Part shown: in pieces, positions 50,636 to 63,439 of the stretch | Numbering within the stretch: position 1 is the stretch's first letter | How the letters are laid out: each line of letters opens with the position of its first letter | Source of the DNA: Chiloscyllium plagiosum | Taxonomy: Eukaryota | Assembly: GCF_004010195.1 (NCBI RefSeq) | Contig: NC_057732.1 | Location: 45,848,098-45,912,097 of the forward strand | DNA length: 64,000 nt | Direction of reading: 5' to 3' | The notes under the pieces: model-generated | What the model saw: the letters and a program-made list of their open reading frames with translations, nothing else | The model's database searches: none | Told to the model about the DNA's origin: nothing | Translations under genes and position numbers: made by a program

Positions 50636-51769
50636 ACGATGTGGTTCAATGGGCTGCATACAGATGGGTGAGGTTTGGGCAGAGGAGATGTCCTCCCTCT
50701 TCCACTTGGTAGCCAGCAACTCCCACTGGAGGCCGTGCAGCTGAGCATAAACTATCCTTGGTCAAAGGACTGGGAAAAGTGCTGGAGAGAAATACTAATG
50801 GCTTAACTATCCTGTTAGATATTCTGTCCCAGCAAGTAAGGGTTTCAAATCTTTCAAATTCATTTTCCATTCACAGAAAGAAAGGTCACTTTCTGGGGAC
50901 CTGTGACCTAAGCAAGTGAATCCTTTGCAGAGAAATGTGAAATACTGTTTTTGCTCACGAAGCTCAATGACATGACAGCTTAGAAATGAGCAGTGTGCTG
51001 GAAGGTCAAACTTAAAGTGAAAAGATAGACGTTGTTTCCTCATCTCCCTGTGAAACATTCTTTCTATAGTACGTGTAAACACATTTACTGACATGAACTT
51101 GGATTGGTGTGCCTTTTATCAGTAGTCACCCTTAAGTACTTGCTTAAGGACACAGAGGTCAGGAGAGGTGTTCTGCTGCACTAACTGAGTTATACAGAAG
51201 TTAAAAAGTAACCTGGGGAAGGTCAGTCTGCCTTTCTGACAGATTCAAGGGAACAGGTCTGCTCTGATTCTTACATCCTTATGACCAAGCTGCGTCCACA
51301 CCCCCAGATTTAACCTCCCCCCCACCCCCCCACTATTTGCTTTGAGTTGCCTTACAGTTTGGGTGGTGATGGGTACTAAAATAGGATCAAATCTCAAAAT
51401 ATCCTCTCAACATTCAAACCAGAAAACTCCTCACAGCTCCAAAAAGACCATCCTTCTTGGAAACAACTCTAAAAATTCTTTTTATTCTCTGCCCTCAAAG
51501 GTTTGAGCATTTTAACCAGTTTTAAATTCCTCGGTAAGATGTTGTTGCCTATTATTTACCATATTTCCGGGGGAATCCCATTACTTTTTCCTTTAAGACT
51601 TTGACAACAAAACTAAGCCTCTGAGTTCCATCAGCCCAGGCTGAGTGAACAGCAGTCTCACCTCCTGATCAAGTTGCGTTTGTGAGTGTATCAGTACAGC
51701 ACTGAAGGGAGTGCAATACTGCCAGAGGTGTTTGATTTTCAGTTCAGACTTTGAACATTTGCTTTCTAG

Positions 51770-52085
51770 TAGAATCCCTAGAGTATAGGTGGAGACCATT
51801 TGGCCCATTAAGTCTGCACCAGCCCTCTGAACAGCATCCCACTCATCCCTGTAACCCTGCAATTCCCATGGCTGGTCCACTTAGCCTGCGCATCCCTGGG
51901 CACTATGAAGCAATTTAGCATGGCCAATCCACCGGAACCCACACATCTTTGGACTATGGGAGGAAACTGGACCGCCTGACAGACACAGGGAGAACATGTT
52001 AACTCCACACAGACAGTCGCCCAATGCTGGACTCGAACCCGGGTTCATGTGCTGTGAGGCAGCAGTGCTAACCACTGAGCCATTA
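51770..52085 (-). mobile_element. HE1-type SINE inserted in an older DeuSINE-like element (about 51600-52290)
   Basis: SINE head and V-domain on the minus strand; Deu-like cagcactgaagggagtgcaatactgccagaggtg upstream. Confidence 0.85.
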
Positions 52086-53242
52086 CTCCATGGTCTCCTG
52101 CATGTGGAAGCAACCACGTTATAAAGAGGAGCAGATCCTGGTTGCTGTTTATACCTCGTCAACACAACTCAACCTCAATGCTTCCTGCACTAGAACAATA
52201 TCAGCGCTTTAAAGTATTTCGTTGGCTGTTAGTTGCTGTAGGACACCCTGCACCCTGTGGAAAGGTGCTACAGAAATGAAAGTCTGCATGATTTGCTTTC
52301 AGCTAGGATTGCACATTGTTTGGTTTGATTTGCAGACAGCTTCAGGGCTACCAATGACGCTACTTCATTGAAGATTAGAAACAAGAAATTAGTTTCTTCC
52401 ATTCCCCCTGCCCCATATAAAATCCCGATAAGGAATTCCTCCCTTTAGCAGTTCCTTAAACAGAGGAAGACACTTGCTATTGCGTGTGAGCCCTTGGCAA
52501 ATGTTGGTGCATGGAGTCTGTGCATTGTGCCTACCATATACTTCTGGCTCAGGAGGCAGCTTTCACTCTTACTGTCTCTGAGGCATATTGGAAGGATTTG
52601 CAGACTGAGGATACAGCTTTTTGACTCACTTCATCGGGTCAGACTCTAACCCAGAGCTTCTGGTTCAGAGGCAGAGATGCTACCCATTAAGACACAAGAG
52701 ATTCCAAACTGCCCCAATGGCCAATTGCAGAGTAATTCTTTAGACTTTCTGAATTCAAAGTCCATCTTGATATACCAAAGAGATTCAATTCCAATCCAAG
52801 CCATCATTTGGGCCATTTCGACTACAGTTTCAAAGGGCTATTCTTAGCCAATGACCTTGTCAGATTATAACAAAATGGCTGCCAAGGTTATGACATCACG
52901 ACAGGAATGGACTATACCCACTCTATACATTTTGTAATAAACTTCAAAACTCAAAATGAAACAGAAATGACAGAACTAGTGCAGCAGCAGAGATTGTGCT
53001 CATCAAGAGAGCAATATCCAAGCAATACACAAATTGAGCCCTGCAGATTTCTAAACCCATTCGTCAATGAAATTTATATTTTAAATTAATCTAACCATTG
53101 CTCCATGGTTACTGAACAGAGCTCGGTGTTTCACTCCACTTATATTACAGCAACTGTCGAGTTTAGCAACTCCATATACATTCAGCATCAATTTTATGCA
53201 TTTCACCTGGTTCTCAATAGCTCTAAATGGGGCTACTTAATT

Positions 53243-53334
53243 CCTGAAGAAGTGCTTATGCCCGAAACGTCGATTCTCCTGTTCCCTGGATGCTGCCTGA
53301 CCTGCTGCGCTTTTCCAGCAACACATTTCCAGCT
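53243..53334 (+). mobile_element. Family A PLE mini-element; hammerhead 53244-53271
   Basis: CUGAAGA-A-GUGC(UUAU)GCCC-GAAAC-GUC; TSD ctacttaatt at 53233-53242 and 53335-53344. Confidence 0.87.
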
Positions 53335-54830
53335 CTACTTAATTACACCAAGCTCAAAGATTTATTTTGTTTTCCTGAAATACAGTTGTTGGAATCTTCA
53401 TGTACATGCTGCATTCTGAAGTGAAACTCGACCCTGTTTGTTCCATCCACAGAAAGGAAGCCAGTCTGACATGGTTTTGTGAAAGGAAGGGGTTTCTGAT
53501 GAAGGGGTTCAGGAACAATCGTCAACACTGACACCTCACAGCAGGTCTGCCCTGAAAGGAGCAGGTGAAACTGAAGAACATCCAACCACACATTCCAAAC
53601 TGGTGAGGGCCTGTCCAGTGGGAGCCTAACCTCCAAGTCCTTTTGAACCCTTTAACCCTGTGCCAAGACACTGCCCCCACCTGCATTCCCATGCGTTGCC
53701 ATGAGGCGGTACAGCAGATGACTCACTGATGGAAGGCTGCATTCTGACAGGGAGAGTCTTGTGCATTTGGCACTTGTTCTTGCATTGCCTCCATCTGGCA
53801 GCTTGGGTCAGCAGTGACAACACTAGCATCTAAAAGGGTCAATACTCTACACCACCTTAGCCAAGGGCTGAACATCTGTCCATAGATCTCTTTGCAAATC
53901 TCTTTTCAAGAGGGTACTTGGCCTACTTCAGTTTTACAAACCTCCAGCTGTCCTCATGTGCCCCCTCCAAGCTGCCACCTCACCGGTGGTGGTGGATAAT
54001 TCAGTCCCCTGGGCAGTGGAAGTTCCAGCCTAAATGCTTCCACCACTTCACTGTATGCCCTTGCATTAAGATGCTCCCTAAACCTCTTCAGCCAAGCTTT
54101 TCCTCAGCTTAACCTCTTTCTTGTGTTCCGTGTAAGTGGTTGTCTGGTCAAGTGTCTAGAAACTACCCGGGGACACTTTCAAAAAAATAGTTACAAGAAA
54201 AAAACTGCAGGTTTTTGTAGCTAATGTTATCAGTACACCCCATTCCAGGAGCCCTCACCCAAGTGGATTTTCATTAGCGAGAGTGCAATTGGAAACTGGA
54301 ACTCTGTCCCAAGGCACTTGGGTGAATGATACGGTTCGCACTAAGGGGGAGGGAAGCAAGTAATAAACAAGATAGAGACAGGTAGGCAGACAGAAAGGGT
54401 GGGAGGAGGTACATAAGGAGCACAGACACTTGCATGGCCTTAATGGGCTGAATGGCCAACTTTTGTTATGTAAATTTGCATAATTTCAGATGATAATTGC
54501 TGACAGGGAATGCAACTGTGGTGGTTGTGTCAGTGAATTCTGATCCTGTAGCTCTCACCTACTTTCTGGGATTGTGCTGTGGTCACATCCATTGGAACCA
54601 TCTGGAATACTCTGGGCAGATTTACTACTCATTGTCCTCCCTATTGTTATTACTCTAACTTATTGATACCAAATGAGGAAGGATGCTCAGTCAAGTCTCC
54701 AGCAGCAGTAAGATTTGGTCTAGTTTAACAGAATAGGGTTTATTACTTCAAACGTTATAGCTAGTTCCATCACATCAGACTTACATGATCATCTCTTGGT
54801 AGAGCTCATTTCAGACTGAACAGCAAGTAC

Positions 54831-54960
54831 GAGGAGAAAGTGAGGTCTGCAGATGCTGGAGATCAAAGTTGAAACTTTATTGCTGGAACAGCACAGCAGG
54901 TCAGGCAGCATCCAGGGAACAGGAGATTCGACGTTTCGGGCACAGGCCCTTCTTCAGGAA
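54831..54960 (-). mobile_element. 130-bp PLE mini-element (family A) with perfect TSD
   Basis: 14-bp TSD tgaacagcaagtac at 54817-54830 and 54961-54974. Confidence 0.92.
54930..54957 (-). ncRNA. Minimal hammerhead ribozyme motif, intact
   Basis: auuc-CUGAAGA-A-GGGC(CUGU)GCCC-GAAAC-GUC-gaau; stem I auuc/gaau fully paired. Confidence 0.8.
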
Positions 54961-55944
54961 TGAACAGCAAGTACACCTTACTGTTCAATTACATACAATT
55001 TTGCACTTAGAACAGAGTCATCTGAACTGGTTAGCTCCTCCCAGAAATAGTCCTTTGTACACTAATGGGTGGAGTTCATCTTGTGGCATCAGTTAACCCT
55101 TTGAGGAACGAGTAGACTTATACAGCCCTTTCTATCATGGATCTGAGGGAAGCTATCAAGAGCATGAATCAGGCAACTTCCAGGTCAATATTAATATCTG
55201 CACCATCAGCCCAAACATATTTCAGCAAACCAGAGAGAACCGACTCAAACTTGGGATATTGCTGATGGATATGGTTCGATATCACAGTGAATGTAAGTAC
55301 AGAACGACCAGGTGCACAGCATTCAGTCCCTTGAGTCTGCTCCTCCGCTGTTTAATACAATGACGGTAGATCTCCTCTCCGCCTCAACTCCACTTTCCTG
55401 CCCGCTCTCCATAACCTTTCAACCTATTACAGGTACTCATTAAAAGCCTGTCGGTCTATCTCCTCCTTACGTTAAGGCTGGGTGACCTATTCATTGTGGA
55501 GAGGTGCAGGTTTTACAAAACTACATGCAAGGCCATTGAGAATCCTTTAAAACAGAAAATGCATCTGTGTTTCACAATTATGCTTCACGGACTAAAGACA
55601 AGTGTTTTCTAAAAGCATTTCTGACAAAACATAATGCACTTGACAATTCACAGAGTTAGAGTAAGAATGTATGAACACAATGGAGGTCAGAAGACATCAA
55701 GTGGATAACAGACTAAACTTCCACTACTTTCTTGGGAACTTAGCAGGCACATGAAACCCCACAGTGGAAAACCCTCCTGTTTTTTTTGGAGGTAATGCTT
55801 CTTTATCAAGCTGAGTCATGATCCAATCAACTGGATGTGACCATTGTAAAAGCCTTTGGCCTTCACTTTGAGAATGCACTGCCTTTTTCAGGATAAAAGT
55901 TGAGTCATTTCAATTATGCAAAATTTGAGAGCTTTGCAATGACA

Positions 55945-56485
55945 AAAGTCATAGGGCTACACAGAATGGAAACAGTCTGTATAACATTTAGTCCAACTAG
56001 TCCATGCCTATCATAAACCCAAAACTAAACTAGCTCCACCTGCCTGCATTTGGCCAATATCCCTCCAAATCTTTCATACTCATGTATTTATCCAAATGTC
56101 TTTTAAATATTGTTACTGTACCCGCATTCACCACTCCCTCTAGAAGTTTATTCTGCACGCGAACCGCTGTGTAAAAAACACTGCCCCCATGTCTCTTTTT
56201 AATTCTTTCTCCTCACATTAAAAATATGCTCCATAGTCTTGAAATCCCCCACCCTAGGGAAAAGGCAGCTGCCACTCATCTTATCTATACCATTGATGAT
56301 TTTATAAACCTCTATGGTCACCCCTCAACTTCCTGTGCTCCAGTGAAAGAAATCCTAGCCTATCCAGCCTCTGCTTATAACTCAAACCTTCCAATGCTGG
56401 CAGCATCCTTGTAAAACTCTTCTGAACCTTCTCCAGCTCAACAATATTCTTCCTATAACAGGCTACCAGAACTAGACACAGTACA
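55945..56485 (-). mobile_element. CR1-type LINE 3' fragment
   Basis: Reverse complement of CR1 ORF2 end and tail. Confidence 0.85.
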
Positions 56486-56694
56486 ATGATACAAAGTTAT
56501 CGAGTGCCTCACTTTTCAGTGAATTTAGACAGGGGCTTCATTCTACAGCAGTTTAATCATGCAGCTAATGTCCCATGTACTAGCATAGAAAATTGGGTCC
56601 CAGCTGTAAATATAATGCTGCAGTTGATTGCAAGGAGAGGCTTGACTTCATTGCAGCACAGGGGAGTAGGACTTCCTGGCAGCTGATGAGCTGT

Positions 56695-57830
56695 TGTTTG
56701 TAATATATTTTAAATGATTTGGAGTGAAAATGTTGGTGGTCTGATTAGGAAGTTTGCAGATGACATGAAAATTGGGGGAGTTGTGGATAGTGAGGAAGGA
56801 TATTCATCAGTTGGAGGGGTGGGTGGAGAAATGACAGAGTTTAATCTGGACAAGTGTGAGGTGATGCATTTTGGGAGTTCAAATGTCAGAAGGAAGTCTG
56901 CAGCAAGTGGCTGGATCCTTCGGAACACTGAGATACAGATCATGGGATCCAAGTCCTTAGGTGCCTGAAAGTGGCAACACAAACGGATAAGGTCATAAAG
57001 GAGGCATACTGCAGGCGTGCCTTCATCGGTCAGGGCTTGGAATATAAAGGATGGCAAGTCATGTTGCAACTACACAAGACTTTGGCCAGGCCACATTTGG
57101 AGTACTGTGTGCAGTTCTTGTCGCTGCACTACAAGAAGATATGGAGGTTTTGGAGAGGGTGCAGAAGAGGCTACAAGGATGTCACTTGGATGGGAGTACA
57201 TTAGCTGTATGGAGAGAGCAGACGAACCTGGATTATTTTCACTTGAGCATCAGAGGCTGAGGGACTACCTGATGGACATATATAAAATTCTAAAAGAAAT
57301 GGGTAGGGTGGCTAGTTGGAGTTTCTTTCCCAAGTTGGAAATGTCAAATACTAAGGAGCTTGGGTTTAAGGCAACAGGGAAAGTTTCAAAGGAGTTCGTA
57401 AGGTAAGTTTTTATATTAAAAAAAAGGTTAGTAGGTGTCTGATATTCGCTGCCAAGGGAGGTGATAGAAGCAGGTAACAATAGCAATGTTTAATAAACAT
57501 TTGGCAGAACATGAACAGGCAGGTAGTAGAGGGATATAAACCATGTGCAGACAGATGGGATTAGCTTTGAAAGGTATAATAGTTGCCACAGACAACTATT
57601 GGGTCAAAGGCAAAAGTGAGGACTGCAGATGTTGGAGATCAGTGTCTACATTAGAGTGGTACTGGAAAAGCAGAGCAGGTCAGGCAGCATCTGAGGAGCA
57701 GGAAAATCAAAGTTTCGGGCAAAAGCCCTTCATCGTCCTGATGATGAAGGGCTTTTGCCCGAAACTTTGATTTTCCTGCTCCTTGGATGATGGGTCGAAG
57801 GGCCTGCTTTGTATTGTTCTGAGCCAAATG
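56695..57830 (+). mobile_element. CR1-type LINE RT fragment, frameshifted
   Basis: 'LIRKFADDMKIGGVVDSEEG', 'ARPHLEYCVQF', 'EVLERVQKRL'. Confidence 0.92.
57607..57790. mobile_element. Family A palindromic PLE element nested in a LINE tail
   Basis: 41-bp inverted arms 57694-57734/57743-57783; flanks tgggtc(a/g)aagg. Confidence 0.87.
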
Positions 57831-58719
57831 GCCTCCTTCTGTGCTGCATTAGTCTATTATTCTTTCATCTCTCCTTACAGAGATGTTTTAATTGGTGGTT
57901 CTTCATTACTGAAAACCACCAGGCCTCTTGTGATGCAGTGGTAGTGTCCCTACACCTGATTTCAAATCCCTATCTATTCTTAAGGTGCGATACCATCTTT
58001 AAACAGTGTCCACTCACAGCCATCCCATCCCTAGATAAATGCACATGGTCCTTCCCTAATCACGCAACCTCAACATCATTTCAAATCACATTTAAACCTC
58101 AGGGTCTTTTGGTGCACAGATGAGTGAAACTAGGTCACCAAAGTTAACTGGGGCAATGCAATCTCAGCGAGCAAGATTAGAATCAAAATCTGCGTTGGTT
58201 AACAATCCTGAAACAAAACACTCATTCTCAGGACAAACCTTGTGGCAAGAATGCAGTCTCCAATACCAAATCTTGGACCTGATAGATTACAGATTCCACA
58301 AACATAGCCAATGTTAAGCAGGCAGCCATTAGCTTGAACAGAGTTTCCTTGGAGCATTGATGCCTGGCAGAAAGCTGATGGTAATGGTGAAAATTAGCTA
58401 ACACTATTTTAGCTCCTGTTCTCAATTTACAATAAATCCCATTTAGTTTCTTGCCATCATCACCCTCTACAACTAGCTGCGGTTCCTGCCTTGGATATTT
58501 AGTTAACAAAAGTACTCATATCTGCAACTGAACAGTGAGCAGACAAATTGAAACACATTCTCCTGCAGCTGAATCTGGGGACATTACGACTATGACCTGG
58601 CATATAGTACACAGGCCTCAAGTCTCGGCAATGCACCCAGGTCCTACAAACATCGGAGTAGGAAAATCTCAGACAACGCTTCACGCAGTCGTGCAAGGTC
58701 ACTAAAAATATCCAAGCAG

Positions 58720-59020
58720 GGACTAGAATTCCCTTCACAAAAGGCAGAAGATTGCAATGTGGGGAAGTTGTATGAAACATGCATCAAGTCTTGGTTAGAC
58801 CACATCTTGAGTACGGCATGCAGTTGTCTGGTTGATCATGTTGAAACAAAAAGAAAATGCAGGGACTGAAGAAGGTTTACAGGAATATCAGCAGAAACAG
58901 GGGGGGTACATGGGTCAAGCTGCATCTCTGTTCATGTTCTTAAAAAAAGGCTGAAGGTTGATCTAATAGAGGTTATTAAAATTTATGAAATGCAGAGTGA
59001 ATACAGAGAGAATGTTCCAC
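58720..59020 (+). mobile_element. Old CR1-type LINE fragment
   Basis: Degenerate 'LVRPHLEYGMQL'. Confidence 0.65.
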
Positions 59021-59082
59021 CTCTGATGAACAGTCACCGAGGACGCAAAATATTCACTCTGTCTTTCCACAGAAACTGTTAG

Positions 59083-59270
59083 AGACAAAAAAAAACTGCA
59101 GATGCTGAAATCCAAGGTAGACAAGCAGGAGGCTGGCAGAACACAGCAAGCCAGGCAGCATCAGGAGGTGGAGAAGTCAACGTTTCAGGTGTAACCGCTG
59201 TGTTCTTCCAGCCTCCTGCTCAACTGCCTTTCCATAAATAATAGCAGATTTCCAACATCTGCATTGTTTT
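59083..59270. mobile_element. PLE-derived palindromic element, further family
   Basis: actgcagatgctg...agcaggaggctggcagaacacagc / gctgtgttcttccagcctcctgct inverted; partial GAAACGTT core. Confidence 0.65.
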
Positions 59271-59569
59271 GCGTTTATTATTAACGCAGACAACATCTCC
59301 TGTTGTGGGGCGGTCAAAGCTAGGGCTCACCATTGCAAGAGTCATCTACAAATCTGAGAAAAAAAACAGCCTTCACTGAACAAGTGTTAAGAATATGGAA
59401 CTCACTACAGTAGGAAATGGTTCAGGGATGTGTGGGCAACTTACTGCAGATGCTGGAATCTGTACTGGAAATGAAAAACACTGGAAATCACAGTGGTTAG
59501 GGACAAAAAAAACGCAGATGCTGGAATCCAAGGTGGGGGGGAGAGGTGGAAAGAGAGAGTGAGAGAGAG

Positions 59570-60810
59570 GGGCATGAACTTGATTGAGTTTTTTTGAAGA
59601 AGTAACAAAGAGGATTGATGAGGGCTGTGCAGTAGACGTGATCTATATGGACTTCAGTAAGGCATTCGACAAGGTTCCTCATATGGGAAGCTGGTTAGCA
59701 AGGTTAGATCTCATGGAATAAGGTGAATAAATTGAATAAATCCAACTAGCATTTGGATATAGAACTGGCTCAAAGGTAGAAGACAGAGGGTGGTGGTGGA
59801 GGTTGCTTTGACTAGTGGTGTGCCACAAGGTCCGCTAGTTTTCATCATTTATATAAATGCTTTGGATGTGAACACAGGAGGTATAGTTAGTAAGTTTGCA
59901 GATAACACCAAAATTGGAGGTGTGGTGGACAGTAAAGAAGGTTACCTCAGATTACAACGGGACCTTGATCAGATGGGCCAATGGGCTGAAGAGTGGCAGA
60001 TGGAGTTTAATTTAGATAAATGCGAGATGCTGCATTTTGGAAATGCAAACCAGAGCAGGACTTATACACTTAATGGTAAGGTCCTGGGGAGTGTTGCTGA
60101 ACAAAGAGACCTTGGAGTGCAGGTTCATAGCTCCTTGAACATAGAGTTGCAGGTAGCTAGGATAGTGAAGGCAGCGTTTGGTATGCTTTCCTTTATTGGT
60201 CAGAGCATTGAGTGGAGGAGTTGAGAGGTCATGTTGTAGCTGTACAGGACATTGGCTCGACCACTTTTGGAATGTTGTGTGCAATTCCGGTCACCTTCCT
60301 ATAGGATGAACGTGATGAAACTTGAAAGGGTTCAGAAAAGATTTACAAGGATGTTACCAGGGTTGGAGGGTTTGAGCTATGGGGAGAGGCTGAATAGGCT
60401 GGGGCTGTCTTCCCTGGAGCATCGGAGGCTGAGGGGGTGACTTTATAGATGTTTATAAAGTCATGAGGGGCATGAATAGGATAAATAGACAAGGTCTTTT
60501 TCCTGGGTGGAGTAGTCCAGAACTAGAGGACATAAGTTCAGGGTGAGAGGGGAAAGTTATAAAAGGGACCCAAGGGGCAACTTTTTCACACAGAGGGTGG
60601 TGCGTGTATGGAATGAGCTGCCATAGGAAGTGGTGGAGGCTGGTACAATTGCAACATTTAAAAGGCATCTGGATGGGTATATAAATAGGAAGGGTTTGGA
60701 GGGATATGGGCCAAGTGCTGGTAAATGGGACTAGATTAGGTTCGGATATCTGATTGGCGTGGATGAATTGGACCAAAGCGTCTGTTTCCATGCTGTACAT
60801 CTCTATGATT
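59570..60810 (+). mobile_element. CR1/HER1 LINE RT and 3' end
   Basis: DVIYMDFSKAFDKVPH; TSGVPQG...FADNTKIGG...; stop codons and deletions. Confidence 0.95.
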
Positions 60811-61724
60811 ATATTTGTCATTTTCACTTTGATTCAGGGATGCATGCTGCGATGGAGTGATAAGAGAAGGGGAGGTTTACGAACATGGATTTAGACAAGG
60901 AACAACAAGAGGAGGTTGCAGTGCAAATACTGGTTGGCTGAAGGGCCTGGTTCTTTATGCTGCAGATCCTGTGCAAATTGTAACCTTACGTTCTACTGGA
61001 GGGATGGAGTTTCTGAAGAAAACATTGGCCAGGCAGTTGTGTGCGGTGGAAGGGGAGAGAATAGGTCAGTTTCCAAACTGATGACCAGAGCCAGGTCATG
61101 GGGTCACCAACATCTGCAAGTTCCCCTTCACGTCACTTACCATCTTGACTTATTTTGCATTAATTTGTGGAGTGTACGCATCGCAGGTTTGGGGCACCTT
61201 TGAAACTGGACTCTGAATCATAGCACCGTTCCTCATTGTTACTGGAATGCCCTTCCTAACAACACCGTAAATGTTATCTACACCACACCAATTGGAGCAG
61301 TTCAGACTGGCAGTTCCATTACACCTTCTTCAGTGTAACTACGAGTGGACGATAAACATTGGCCCAGCCAGCGGTGCACACATCCTGTGAAAGAATCAAA
61401 CAACATTGGCACAGATGGCTTCACCCCCTCAGTGACTGGGATCGAAAAGAAAATACCAGGACTCCTGGTTCCTTCCGGCTTGACCGACACCATGTGGATG
61501 GGAAGTAGGGGCCAAATCGATGACATTGCTCCCAATGTTCCAGCAGCTTCCCGACTCCCATTCTGAAAGCTCACTCAGGTGAAGCGCTATATCAGAAGGC
61601 AGAAAGGCAGTCCACCCCCTACAGGCAGTGGAATGCCTCAGGATAGCCTGGATGCAGGACTTGGGGACAGAGGTCAAAATGGACAGTTACGGAATCCATA
61701 CCTCTGTCTGTGCCCCTAAAAAAA

Positions 61725-62160
61725 GTTTTTAAAAAAATCACAACGCCAGGTTTTGTCCAACAGGTTTATTTGAAAGCACAAGCTTTTGGAGAGCTGCTCC
61801 TTCATCAGGTGTCTGGTGAGGTTGAGCTGTCACTTTTTTTTAATATATTGATAAAACTTTAAGTTATCTTGGGGCTATAACTGGAAAGTAATTTTGGGAT
61901 TTACATAATCAATCAAAACCTGCATCCTCATTCTAAGTGATTAAAGATTTTACAGCAATCTAGGTTTGTTCAGTACATCGCAGCAGTTGTATGACACTTT
62001 GATCTTTTGCTATAAATTCTGTGTCCTATAATCCCCGCTCTACTAACTACCTGATGAAGGAGCAACGCTCCGAAAGCTAGTGCTTCCAAATAAACCTGTT
62101 GGACTATAACCTGCTGTTGTGTGACTTCTAACTTTGTCTCAGTCCAACACCGGCTCCTCA
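61725..62160. mobile_element. Family B PLE with inverted partial pLTR
   Basis: Inverted arm 61725-61810 versus 62050-62135; internal region homologous to 22890-23110. Confidence 0.87.
62051..62079 (+). ncRNA. Minimal hammerhead ribozyme motif (family B), intact
   Basis: uac-CUGAUGA-A-GGAGC(AAC)GCUCC-GAAAG-CUA-gug. Confidence 0.8.
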
Positions 62161-62707
62161 GGGGTCCAAAAGAAACTCTCAGCCTCCAATGCTTGGCTCT
62201 GATCAGAACCAGGTCTCGCTGATAATTGGATCAAGCTGAAGTAATTTGGAGAGGTGGACTCTTGGGGATTGGATCAATACTGCGGTTCCCTAATAGTAAT
62301 TTTGTATTCTCCTGCTCTCTCTCTTTCCCATTTACACAGATTCTCATTAGAGTTGAGCTCTGAAATTGTGAAGCGTGGAAACATTAGAAGGATTTTCTTT
62401 CACTCATTCTCACCCTCCACTGAATGACTGGGGTGAAAGAGTGCCTTTTCAGTTTGGAGTTAATGTTACCGTTGGAATAACTCTGGTTGAGTATCTCAGT
62501 TCTTTCTGTATATAGACTTCACAAAAACTGTGTGTGTAGCTCATTTCTAGGGCTCGGAGTAAAAACTCGAGGAACTAACACGGAACCGTGTTTTGCATGG
62601 AACAAGCTGCATTTGGTTTCTCTGCCACCTTCTCAATATGCTTTTATGTTCTCTTTTAGGTTCAGCCTTTGCACATGATTCCGCTTTTATTTATATTTGA
62701 AGCCCTG

Positions 62708-63122
62708 AAGATTTACAAGGATGTTGCCAGGGTTGGGGGAATTTGAGCTATAGGGAGAGGCTGAATAGGCTGGGGCTGTTTTCCCTGGAGTGTCGGAGGC
62801 TGAGCGGTGACCTTACAGAGGTTTACAAAATTATGAGGGGCATGGATAGGGTAAATAAACAAGGTCTTTTCTCTGAGGTGGGCGAATCCAGAACTAGAGA
62901 GCATAGGTTTAGGGAGAGTGGGGAAAAATTTAAAAAAGATCTCAGGGGCAACTTTTTCACGCAGAGGGTGGTGTGTGCATGGAATGAGTTGCTAGAGGAA
63001 GTGGTGGAGGATGGTACAATTACAACCATTGGTTGCTGGCAGGTGGGACTAGATTGGGTTGGGATATCTGGTCAGCATGGACAAGTTGGACGAAGGGTCC
63101 GTTCCGTGCTGTACATCTCTGA
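62708..63122 (+). mobile_element. CR1/HER1 LINE 3' fragment
   Basis: 'SYRERLNRLGLFSLECRRLSGDL...FFTQRVVCAWNEL'. Confidence 0.92.
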
Positions 63123-63439
63123 CTCAGAATTTTGTTTGAAAATGTCGGTCATTTCACCGCAACCCCCAGTTCGGAAAAGGTACGACCCCAAGCAAGGGTG
63201 AAGGGGGCACAGGTTCTCTCCAGGATACATTACCCAGAGTCATCCCCTACCAGGCGAGAATAGTGCAGGGTATTGGTATTAGAATGCCCATTTTACACTT
63301 CTCCCCAACCAAACTCTCCATAGGCTTTAGCAGAGAGACATGGGACAAACCTCTGACCAGAACCCACCATTGCACCCTCAAGCAAAGTTCAGTAAAAACT
63401 CACATGTACCACACCAGAGATTGTCAGTTGCTATAACGG

